A DNA stretch of 64,000 nt from Felis catus. Its lineage: Eukaryota. The number at the start of each line of letters is the position of its first letter. The stretch's first letter is position 1. The stretch is from NCBI RefSeq assembly GCF_018350175.1, contig NC_058368.1:2294001-2358000 (forward strand), read 5' to 3'. A program made the translations under genes and the position numbers. Under the pieces are notes generated by a model that saw only the letters and a program-made list of their open reading frames with translations, ran no database searches and was not told the origin of the DNA. Shown piece by piece: positions 25,854-36,545 of this stretch.

Positions 25854-26479
25854 AACAAATCACAGGTTTATCCACATGCTCCCTCGTTAACTGATACGTT
25901 TCTCTCGACAGGTGGTAGTGTCTACTTAATACGGCTCTGTCCCTTCGGTCACCTGGTCTAGCGCCAGCTCCCTGAAATCCCATTCAACGCACCCAACCGC
26001 CTGCCAGGGAACTGCGGGACTACTCCTTTTAGAAACTTTGTGGCTACTGAAGCCTTTAAAGAGAAACCTGGGTCTGGACCTCATGTCTTCAATTTCTAAG
26101 ATATATAACCCTGGACGGAGTCCCTTATGAATCTCATCCAACTCCTGCCTCGCTTTCCCAGCACCGCTGGAATAATATACGTGAAATACCCAGACGAGTG
26201 CCAGGCGCGTGGAAGCACTCAGCAGTCAGCCGCGGGACGGCACCGAGGCTGCAGGTAACCACCTCCCTTTGGATCCTCACTCAAGCCCAGACTCCAAGCC
26301 CTCGGCTTCCTCGGGCCGTCGAAGGCCTTCTTCGGGGGCACCTTGAAGAAAATCCCTCAGAAACTGCGCCTAGTGCTACCGGCGTAAACCGATGGTCTGC
26401 AGCCGTAACCAGGTCCTCAACGCTGCCAACAGCCTTCCGCTAGGCCAGAGGGCTCTCTTTCGTTCTTTCACACAGTGGC

Positions 26480-28520
26480 CATCTCAACTTGCGTTCGTTC
26501 TCGACAAATCTATCCCATGGCTACTTGTCTTCGGCACGTGGCTTGCCCCCAGTTCCCAGAGCAACCAGAGGTCACTGCGTGGGAAACTCTCTCATTTTCT
26601 GGCTGTCACTCCAGGGATGTAACAACACTCATCCCCGTCTCCTTTCTGGCCCAGTGACAGGAGGAGTCCCTTTCCCGCTGACGGTCGATTTATCTACCTG
26701 CGCTCTGAATTCCACCTCCATTTTCCTCTATTTTCTTCCTCCTCAGGGGCCTTGCTGCTCTGCTGACTCCCACTCACTCCTGCATTCAGTCCTTCCCTCT
26801 TTACATCATCGTTCAAACACGTGTGGAAACCTCTTACGTTCCCCTCCTGCCCCTGCCCCCCCTTCCTTTGCTATGGTCACTCTTACCCCTCCCCACCTCC
26901 TCGCCTCCTGCCCCCACTTCCTGTGCTGTGGTCACTCTTACCCCTTCCCCCCTCCTCGCCTCCTGCCCCCCACTTCCTGTGCTGTGGTCACTCTTACCCC
27001 TCCCCCCCTCCTCGCCTCCTGCCCCCCACTTCCTGTGCTGTGGTCACTCTTACCCCTCCCTCCCTCCTCGCCTCCTGCCCCCCACTTCCTGTGCTCTGGT
27101 CACTCTTACCCCTCCCTCACCCCTCGCCTCCTGCCCCCCCCTTCCTTTGCTATGGTCACTCTTACCCCTCCCCCCTCCTCGCCTCCTGCCCCCCACTTCC
27201 TGTGCTGTGGTCACTCTTACCCCTCCCCCCCTCCTGCCCCCCACTTCCTGTGCTGTGGTCACTCTTACCCCTCCCTCACTCCTCGCCTCCTGCCCCCCCC
27301 TTCCTTTGCTGTGGTCACTCTTACCCCTCCCCCCCTCCTCGCCTCCTGCCCCCCCCTTCCTGTGCTGTGGTCACTCTTACCCCTCCCCCCCTCCTGCCCC
27401 CCACTTCCTGTGCTGTGGTCACTCTTACCCCTCCCCCCCTCCTCGCCTCCTGCCCCCCACTTCCTGTGCTCTGGTCACTCTTACCCCTCCCTCCCTCCTC
27501 GCCTCCTGCTCCCCACTTCCTGTGCTGTGGTCACTCTTACCCCTCCCCCCCTCCTCGCCTCCTGCCCCCCACTTCCTGTGCTCTGGTCACTCTTACCCCT
27601 CCCTCCCTCCTCGCCTCCTGCTCCCCACTTCCTGTGCTGTGGTCACTCTTACCCCTCCCTCCCTCCTCGCCTCCTGCTCCCCACTTCCTGTGCTGTGGTC
27701 ACTCTTACCCCTCCCTCCTCCTTACCTCCTGCCCCCCCTTCCTTTGCTATGGTCACTCTTACCCCTCCCCCCCTCCTCGCCTCCTGCCCCCCACTTCCTG
27801 TGCTGTGGTCACTCTTACCCCTCCCCCCCTCCTCGCCTCCTGCCCCCCACTTCCTGTGCTCTGGTCACTCTTACCCCGCCCCCCCTCCTCGCCTCCTGCC
27901 CCCCACTTCCTGTGCTGTGGTCACTCTTACCCCGCCCCCCCTCCTCGCCTCCTGCCCCCCACTTCCTGTGCTGTGGTCACTCTTACCCCTCCCTCACTCC
28001 TCGCCCCACTGCAATCTGCCTTCTGCTCCCCCTGAGCATGTCTACCCTGCATGCATCACCTTCCTTGCTGAGCTTGTTCCTACTCGCGTTCTGTCTCAGT
28101 GAACAGGCATCACATTGTTCACCGGCTCCACACACACACCAGGCGGCGGCCTGGACTTGCCCCTCACTCTTCATCCCGTCAGTCACCACTATTATTAACT
28201 CCCTTCTCCTAAATAATCCCTTGGATGCTCCACTCATTTCTGTTCCCGCCGCCACCACCTCGGTCGGATCACCGTCCTTTCTTCTCTGTTGATGCAACGG
28301 CTTCCAGCGGATCTCCTTGCCCTCTGCTGGAGTTCCCTGGCCAAGCTGCCGGCTCCGATGACCGCCTCCCTCCCCCCTGCTTCAAGGTCTTTGGTGACTC
28401 TCCGCCCTTCTCCACGAGGCACAAAGGCCTTCACAGCTGTGCCTATGCTGATCTTCCCACCTTCCGCTCTTACTTCTGCTTCAGCCACGGCGAACTTCTC
28501 GTTTCTGGATTTGCCATGTC
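26480..28520 (+). mobile_element. Ancient L2 fragment hosting the minisatellite
   Basis: L2-like ctcatttctgttcccgccgccaccacctcggtcggatcaccgtcc...gcaacggcttccagcggatctcc downstream, and similar pyrimidine-rich L2-like sequence upstream. Confidence 0.55.
26845..28008. repeat. GC-rich minisatellite (VNTR), 21 copies of a ~56-bp unit with 48-bp variants
   Basis: Unit cttcctgtgctgtggtcactcttacccctccccccctcctcgcctcctgcccccca; 21 ggtcactcttacccc anchors counted from 26875 to 27975. Confidence 0.97.
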
Positions 28521-28883
28521 TTCTGCATTCAGACATAAGACTTTATCTATTTAGTAATCACTGGGTTCAGATAACACTGGTTGACAATTCCTACCAACAT
28601 TATGCATATTTGGACTCTTCCTGAGAAATTAAAAACGAAGTATCTGAACACAGCAGTAGTCTGTCTACACTACATCAGTTAAATTCTTCTGTGGAATGAC
28701 AGTAACTTAACATATTTCTGATGATGTTTTTCTAACTTAAATTCACTGTGTTTTGGCTGTATCATACAATGAACCTGTCTAGTACAGGATTTCTGCATAT
28801 TATCAGGCATAATAAGAATTTAGGGCCAAAGAGTTAGATAGAAACATCAATATTTTGTAAAGTAAAAATTGACCTGGAGATTT

Positions 28884-29209
28884 ATTTATTTATTAAAAAA
28901 AATTTTTTTTAACGTTTATTTATTTTTGAGACAGAGAGAGACAGAGCATGAACAGAGCATGAAAAATTGACCTGGAGATTTATTTATTTATTAAAAAAAA
29001 TTTTTTTTAACGTTTATTTATTTTTGAGACAGAGAGAGACAGAGCATGAACGGGGGAGGGACAGAGAGAGGGAGACACAGAATCCGAAACAGGCTCCAGG
29101 CTCTGAGCCATCAGCCCAGAGCCTGACGCGGGGCTCGAACTCACGGACCGCGAGATCATGACCTGAGCCGAAGTTGGCTGCTCAACCGACTGAGCCACCC
29201 AGGTGCCCC
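28884..29209 (-). mobile_element. SINEC_Fc-type SINE with duplicated tail/TSD segment
   Basis: TSD tgacctggagattt at 28870-28883, 28968-28981 and 29210-29223. Confidence 0.93.
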
Positions 29210-29476
29210 TGACCTGGAGATTTAAACAAATTACTGTTTTACAGGATGTAAAACAGATTTTTAAATAATTGCTTTTTCCTTAGTGTCAAGTCTACATTTA
29301 CTAAGAAGTGTTTTTGTTCCAGAAACTTGTAAATTCTTTTGTGTGAAGTATTTAAACTTATAACGAATTCTAGAATTTAAATTAATAATGCATGAAACAA
29401 AATCTGGAGTATTGACTGGTTCAATTTGACCTATCTTTTCCTATTGATAAAAGAACACTAGCACAGAGTAAGCACT

Positions 29477-29897
29477 GAGGAAGAAAGTCACTTCAAATGG
29501 AGCGGGGAGGACACTGAAGAGGTAGGGCCTGTGCATATTTGCCGGCTCAGTTCTTGGAAGAATGCTAACCTTGGCTTGTTGCCAAACTGCAAGCATTCGA
29601 GACGAGTGTGTGTCACATGCAAGAATGGACTAAAACGGACTTTCTGCCCAGCACCGATCTGGGCAACGAATCGCGTACGGGACAGTGTTATCCTAAGCCT
29701 GCCACAACTGACCCAAGAAACAAACAAAGAACCCCCCAACTTATGTAATGTGCCTAAAATTCCTCCTTTGCCTTTAAAAATCTGAGCTCCTTTGTCTCTT
29801 TGAACCATGATCTGGGTTGTTGCCTTAATGTCTGTCTCCTGATGCAGTTCCTAAGATCGCAAAACAAATGTGTTCTTAGCCTTGCCTTTTCTTGACA
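29477..29897 (+). mobile_element. Probable ERV1-class solo LTR
   Basis: TG...CA ends (tgaggaagaaagtcacttcaaatggag ... cttgaca), TATA-like cctttaaaaa, degenerate poly(A) region; family not assigned. Confidence 0.5.
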
Positions 29898-30659
29898 CTT
29901 TAGATATATTAATTCTTGCTTTTTAATTTTGTTATTTGTTCATGAGTTTAATTATATTACTAGAGCATTTTCAGCAGATTGTATAAGGACTAGGGATCCT
30001 TCATAAAACTGATACAAGCTCTCAATATTTTGTCTTAAAGTGACACTACTGAATTTTCAAATACAAAAATTGATAATAAAATTGGAAATAGCTTTGTCAT
30101 CTGTGATGAAAAATACAAGTAGTATCTAGCTTTCTGTTCTAACTTGAAAAATCCTTCTCTCTGAATTTTAAAGCAGTCAGTCCTTGGGGGAAAAGATGAG
30201 AATACACTTTTAGTTTTGATTTTTTTCTTTAGATGTTGGATTAAGGAGCCTTTGGGAAAAGAGACTGAGGAAACTCTTAGTGGAAGAAGTCTCTTGGCCA
30301 AGAGAGCTGGGGAAATGCAAACAGAGGAAGAAGCCAGGAGAAAAGAATTCCGTAAGGGGACAGATGTGGGAGTTGGGCAACAAACTCACTAGAAACTCTA
30401 AAACTAAGGTGACGTGAGTTTGGCACATATTCTGAATGTGTACCGTGTGTTATGTTGTGTATACTTTAACCTATAGTATCTCATTTAATTGTCAGATCAA
30501 CCTCAGACTTTTCATGTTGGGGGATAGTATATTAATGTAAATGAGAGTAGAAATAAAAATGATTAGGAAGGAGGATATTTGCATGAATTAGAGATTTGCT
30601 CTTTTCCTTTATTAGATTATTTTAAAATTATAATCTGTAATTTTTAAATTTACTTTTAA

Positions 30660-30867
30660 AAAATATATTATTTTAAAGTTTATTTATTTTTGAGAGGAGC
30701 AAGTGAGCAGGGGAGGGGCAGAGAGAGGGGAGAGAGAGAGTCCCAAGCAGGCCACGTGCTCACAGTGCAGAGCCCAACGTGGGGCTTGAATTCACGAACC
30801 GTGAGATCACGACCTGAGCCAAAATCAAGGGTCGGACACTTAAGCGACGGAGCCACGCAGGTGCCCC
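30660..30867 (-). mobile_element. CanSINE
   Basis: Consensus body. Confidence 0.9.
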
Positions 30868-31279
30868 TAAATTTACTCACAACTCTTTAAAGTGGGCAGG
30901 ACAAATGTTGTCTTGTATATTTTTACAAAGACTAGAAAAAGGTACATGATTTTCCCAAGACCATACAGCTAAATAAATCGCACACCTAGCATTTACAGCC
31001 ATTTGGACCTCGTGTCCAGTGTTCTCTCCCTTCTATACTGCTACCAACTTCTCAGACTGTGGCATTTAATCGTTAGCACTTCTACTTGCTTAGTAAAGCT
31101 TAAAGTGGTTTTAGAGAAAAAGCAGCTGAATTTTAGAAGCTGAGGTGAAGTATGCCTCCTTGCCTAAAACTGTGATTTTAGTTGTTCTCTACTGACAGGA
31201 TGCTGTAAAAAAAAAAAAAAAAAAAAAGCCCGTGAAATTTATCGCTGGTCTTACTATAATTGTTAAGAATAGAATTCTT

Positions 31280-31665
31280 CCTGTTACGCAGCGTCCTTTT
31301 TCTAAAGCCCCTTCGGAAGATTTCTTTCTGACCTCATGATGAGGACCGAATGTCTCCGCCCCCCCAGCCCCTTACGCCGAACCAGTGAGCTTCCAACTCA
31401 GGGACAGGTGAGTTGGGCAACTGACGTGCATCCCCCTTCATGGTGCCTGCCAGAAAGCGCGGTCAAATCCGCGCTGTGTTCTTAGCAAGCGCACAGAATC
31501 TCACGGTTTGCGCTTCGTGTACTCGCCTAACTAGTGGCTCCATTTTATGACACTGCCACTGTTCTTCTTTTGTTCGTTTTTCTTACCCACTTCTGATACC
31601 GGTGTTTACATTCTATTACGAGTGCCTACTTAGAGCCCGACCCTTGTACGGAGTAAGTCGACATA
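31280..31665. promoter_or_regulatory. CpG-rich unique intronic island, candidate promoter/enhancer
   Basis: Many CpGs in an AT-rich intron; GC box ctccgcccc, ggcaac/caactg/tgacgt cluster at 31415-31427, YY1-like ccatttt. Confidence 0.4.
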
Positions 31666-32163
31666 GTAATCATCATGTATTAATCAACACATTCATTACA
31701 TGAATAATATAATAATTATATGATATGATGCAATATAGGATACAATAATATATGATAATGAATAATGGATAATCACACAACAAATTCACATATACATATA
31801 TAACCTTATTAAGTAGATATTTATCATCATCACTTCACAAATGAAGGAACAGAGAATGGAGCCTCTGGTTAAAATGCTTGTTCATCAAGTCCCACTTAGT
31901 AAATGATGAAGTTCCACATCTGAACCCAGGTCTGTCTAAATCACAAAGATGTTTTTTTCACAATCGATACTGTTTCTCTAAATGAGAAGCTAACGTCTAT
32001 AGGCAAATGTTTTAAGTAGCCCCAAAGCTACAACTCGGTGGCACCCTCCTTGCCTTTCCTTGAAACTAATAAGCTGTACCTTCTAAAACAATATCCCTTT
32101 ATGAGAGAAGCTGGAAGAAGGTGGCTGACACCAAGGACAAACATCTCTTTGAAACAATTTTTT

Positions 32164-32368
32164 GGGGGGCGCCTGGGTGGCTCAGTCAATTAAGCATCCG
32201 ACTTCGGCTCAGGTCATGATCTTGCGGTCTGTGAGTTCGAGCCCTGCGTCCAGCTCTGTGCTGACAGCTCGGAGCCTGGTGCCTGCTTCCGATTCTGTGT
32301 CTCCCTCTCTCCCTGCCCCTGCCCTACTCATGCTCTGTCTCTGTCTCCAAAAATAAACAAACATTTTT
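32164..32368 (+). mobile_element. CanSINE whose tail is interrupted by an opposite-strand SINE
   Basis: ggggggcgcctgggtggctcag head. Confidence 0.93.
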
Positions 32369-32592
32369 ATTTTATTTTATTTTTTTTTTCAACGTTTATT
32401 TATTTTTGGGACAGAGAGAGACAGAGCATGAACGGGGGAGGGGCAGAGAGAGAGGGAGACACAGAATCAGAAACAGGCTCCAGGCTCTGAGCCATCAGCC
32501 CAGAGCCCGACGCAGGGCTCGAACTCACGGACCGCGAGATCGTGACCTGGCTGAAGTCGGACGCTTAACCGACTGCACCACCCAGGCGCCCC
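32369..32592 (-). mobile_element. Young SINEC_Fc-type SINE nested in the previous SINE's tail
   Basis: TSD acaaacattttt at 32357-32368 and 32593-32604. Confidence 0.95.
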
Positions 32593-32663
32593 ACAAACAT
32601 TTTTTTAAAGTAAGAATTTTAAATAAAATTATTCTGTTTAAAGAAAATTAAAGTTAGAACACC

Positions 32664-32974
32664 TTTTTTTTTTTTTTTTTTTTTTTTTGAGTAAAGCAAT
32701 AGAGTTTATTGAGAGAAAGTATAAAGCTCTCAAGAGTGAGAGGGGTCGCAACTGGGTGGCCGCCGAGGATTTTTGTCCCTGACTTTTTATTGGGACCTTA
32801 CCAGAAAGTTTGTGAGATTTCATGCATGGCACCTAGACTGGCAGGTCCAGAATACTTTTATCTTAACCTCTTTTTCCCCAAACTCTGCTGCCTTTGCCAA
32901 TTCCTCAGCCAGGTTCCCCCTTGCAGCTGCAGCCTGCCTTCCTGGAGGTCCCTTACTTCTTCCTACCTAATGTT
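32664..32974 (-). mobile_element. Polyadenylated LTR-like (U3-R) retrocopy
   Basis: T25 tail (32664-32688), AATAAA 16 nt upstream (32705-32710), LTR R-like cccctctcactcttgagagcttt, TSD acaccttt (32659-32666 / 32975-32982). Confidence 0.65.
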
Positions 32975-33419
32975 ACACCTTTCCCCACTCATTACAATTT
33001 GGGAATCTACATAAACTAAATATTTAATTGTCTTAATAGACACTCTTAACTGTTTTTACATTTCTTAGTTAATTTATTTATAAATACTTCTATTTCATTT
33101 GCTTCCCAGAACACCTTTAAAATTAACTAGTTTAGGGAATCTTAAAGTGAAGGGCGAGTGGTGTATTAGTCTGAATAAGTACAGCTGATACAATAGCCTG
33201 GCTTGGCTTTAAATCATGGTATTTATTTTGAAATTTTAAGAAGTGTTGAGACAGTAATATTTTTCAAGTATAAGAAAAGACATTTTAAAAAATGTTTGTC
33301 GAGAAAAACTACAATGTAGAGAGGTTAAATGACTTACTGGAGTTCAGCTGTGGGGTACATTATGATTGGACAGAATTCAGAAACTTGGGCATTCCTCATT
33401 CCTCACTGGGCCCTACAAA

Positions 33420-33630
33420 ATTTCTTTTCAAGTTTATTTATTTATTTTGAGAGACAGAGAGAGCGTGCGCAGGGGAGGGGCAGAGAGAGAGAAGGAGAGA
33501 GAGAACCCCAAGCAGGCTCCGGGCTGTCGGCTCAGAGCCCGACGTGGGGTTTGAACTCACGAACTGTGAGACCGTGACCTGAGCCGAATCCGAGAGGCAG
33601 ATGCTTAACCAACTGAGCCACCCGGGCGCC
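33420..33630 (-). mobile_element. CanSINE
   Basis: Consensus body. Confidence 0.9.
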
Positions 33631-33679
33631 TCTGGGTCCTACAATCTTATGTCTTAACTATGTCTTAAAAACTCTCCCA

Positions 33680-34200
33680 CTTCAAAATCCTTGTTACTAC
33701 ATTGGTTCAAGGCTCTCATCATTTCTTGTCTGGGATATTTGAATGGTCTTCTCTCGTGTAAGATGTATCCTTTATTCTGCTACCACACACAACGGTGGGC
33801 ACATGTGACCAGGTATCCTTCAGGCATCACCCTTCAGGATCTTCCATCGCTGAGTCAATTCGAGCTTGGTCCCGTGGAGCACAAAACCTTCCACAGGCAA
33901 GCACACCCTTCTCCAGCTTCTCACCTCTCACCACACCGCCTTCCATTTACTACTCTAGATGCGACTGCTTATAATTCCCTTTACAAACCATACGTTTTCA
34001 CGCCCCTACGTCTTTTCTAACGCCGTTCTCGCTCCCTCAGATGCTTTCCTGCCAAACCATTTTTGCCTGGGTATTTCCTGCTCATCTGTCAAGGTTCAGT
34101 TTATGCACCGTTTCCTTCAGAAAGCCTTCCCTGATCACCCACTCCCCAACTCCAAACCAGTACATTAGTGACCTGTGTTACCAGACAACTCTATACATCT
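33680..34200 (+). mobile_element. L2 fragment
   Basis: ggttcaaggctctcatcatttcttgtctgg...ttccttcagaaagccttccctga. Confidence 0.65.
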
Positions 34201-34452
34201 ATGACAGCATTGACTTAAAAAAAATTATGGTATGCTATAAAACAGGTATTACTTTTCATATAGGTTAGATGTTTTTGAGCAGAGTACTTTAGTTTATATT
34301 TCATAGGTTTTGTTCTCAGAGACAAATACTACATAGTTCTGCATATGATGTTCAGTGTTACTGTCTGCAGATCTGTGAGAGGAGTACATTCAGTTGTTTT
34401 GTAACTTCTTAGCTATAAATTTCCCTAAATGAATATAAATATTTACATTTAC

Positions 34453-34550
34453 CTTCGAAATTCTCTATAATGAAGTTTTCTTTCTCCTCTTTTTCCAAAG
34501 AAATGTATCTGAAGGGTTGTGGTAATTTCAGGTTCTTTCACTGTTGGTTC
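34453..34550 (-). CDS. MICU2: MICU2 coding exon (exon 8), EPTVKEPEITTTLQIHFFGKRGERKLHYREFR(R)
   Basis: ttttatag|GAACCA...CGAAG|gtaaat; 98 nt, phase 0/2; matches recalled MICU2 KEPEINTTLQMRFFGKRGQRKLHYKEFRR. Confidence 0.96.
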
Positions 34551-35854
34551 CTATAAAAAATGAGACGATAATTCCAAGTAATTATAACCAAGAACAAAAA
34601 TGGACGCTGTAGCCTGGAACTCTTAGGACAATATCCATAAAAGGTTCTCGTAATAGGGGTGGAAGAATGAGATGTGGCCATCCTGTCTGCTACTTCGCAT
34701 CATACAATTCTGTAATTGTCTTTGCTCAAGCAGGAGAAAAACAATGAGGGCTAAAATTCTCCAAATACTCAAGATGGACTTCAGCAGTAAACAAAATCTT
34801 AGATCGGTCCAAAAAGAAAGCTTAGAATAGTGAAAAAAAATTATTTCAAAATGTGATCTCTAGGCGTTTTTTAATGAAGCAGGACTGAGAACTAAAGCCA
34901 GAAGGTCTTTGAGTTTTTGCTGAATATTAGAAATACCTGAAAAGCATCTGCTTTTCATAATTACAAAACTAATAGGTAAGAATTCGATTAATGAGTAAAG
35001 CAGATTCATGGATTCTTCCTCCTTCAAATCTCTAACAAAATAAACAACAATAACAAAACTGCTAAAAAGATGATCAGCTGCAACAAAACAAAAAGGGTTA
35101 CAAATTTAAACCAAATATTTTGCAAAGGGGCAGTTGGAGAAAGAAACACCAGATTCAGGTGCTGTATGGTCCCCATGTCCCCTAATCCTACCTTCTAATC
35201 CTACCTCTCAGAAATAGCAGTGGCACTGAGACTATTACATTAGAAATTCATTAAAAACGTTAATTTAGTGACAGCAGAGTAGTGGGGACAAGTAAGGCCA
35301 ACTCCAAAAGAAGCTCCTCTAGAGCTTGGGGAGACTTATGCAGAGGGAAGCAGGTCTCGAGGGCACAGACTCTTTCAGGGGACTATGTTACAGAGGGACC
35401 AACCCTAAGCCCACAGAGTTGAATGTACTTCGGCGGGGAGGAGTGAGCTGTGCCTCAGAGCCTTAAGGAGATCAGGAAGATCAACAGAACACAGGCTCTT
35501 CGGCAAGGGCTGCATTTGCCCAGGGGAGTCTCCTCCCCCTTGCCTCCACCCCTTTTGTGCATGGAACAGCGCACCTAAATGCAATGCCAGCAGCGGAGAA
35601 GGACAAAGATAAATTAGTTCCAGATCAGGTGGGAAGAGTAGCAGAGAGAGTTCCATTTGTGCTCCACTGCAGCCATGAGGTCTGGGCAGGGCACGGGCAG
35701 GAACGAAAGAAACAGGAAGACAACTAAGCACAGGCACCACAGCGGGAAACAGAACAAATCAGCAAAAGACACAGAACATCCAGTCTTGCGGTCCGTAACA
35801 CATAATACAAGGAACAAATGCGTGTCCCCATAAGCCCTTATTTACATTAAAAGT

Positions 35855-36545
35855 TTCTTGTATTTTGAGATAATGGTAGATTCACATGCAATGGTACAAA
35901 ATAATGCAGAACGATCTCTTGTACCCTTTACTCAGTTTCCTCCAGGGGTGACTGATGACATCTTGCAAAACATCATCAGATAACTCGATACAGTCAACAC
36001 ACAGAAGAACATTTTCTTCACTGCGATGACCCTTCATCTGCTCTTGTGGCCACACTGACTTCTCTCCAGCCCCGACCCTCTCTTTGACCTCTGGCAACCA
36101 CTAATCAACTTCCTTTTCTATAATTTTGTCATTTCAAAATGCCACATACGTGGACTCAGTATGTAGCCTTCTGGTATTGGCATATTTGTGCAGCACAATT
36201 CTCTGGATATTCACTCAGGCTGTTGCCGTATCAATCGTTTGTTCTTGTTTCTTGTAGGACAGTGTTCCGCTGTATGGATTACCACTTGAACCATTCACCT
36301 GTTGAAGGACATCTGGGTTGTTTCCAGTTTGGGGCTATGACAAATAAAGCTGCTCGAAACCTCTGTGGACAGGTGTTAGTGTGAACACGGTTTTTATTTC
36401 TTTGGGACGGATGGCCAGGCGTGCAGTTACCATTTTATTGGAGCAGCAGCATCATTTTACGTTCCCACCAGCCGTGGATGAGTGATCCGGCTTCCCTGCA
36501 TCTGGTGGCCAGTGCAATTGTCAGTTATTTTATTTTAGTCACTTG
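35855..36545 (-). mobile_element. Old L1 3' end (L1MC/MD-like)
   Basis: ttttgagataatggtagattcacatgca...ctggcaaccactaatc...ggacatctgggttgtttccagtttggggctat. Confidence 0.75.

Noticed and set aside
26845..28008. Regular repeat array resembling a CRISPR array
   Set aside because: No unique spacers, no cas genes, mammalian context; it is a tandem minisatellite
26489..28292. Three long overlapping ORFs (537, 404 and 489 aa; Pro/Leu/Cys-rich)
   Set aside because: They arise because the C-rich minisatellite strand lacks stop codons in all three frames; the same peptides rotate between frames, and they lie antisense within a MICU2 intron
31336..31424. Box C (ATGATGA) and box D (CTGA) spaced like a C/D snoRNA
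   Set aside because: Antisense to the host gene, no terminal stem and no recognisable guide sequence
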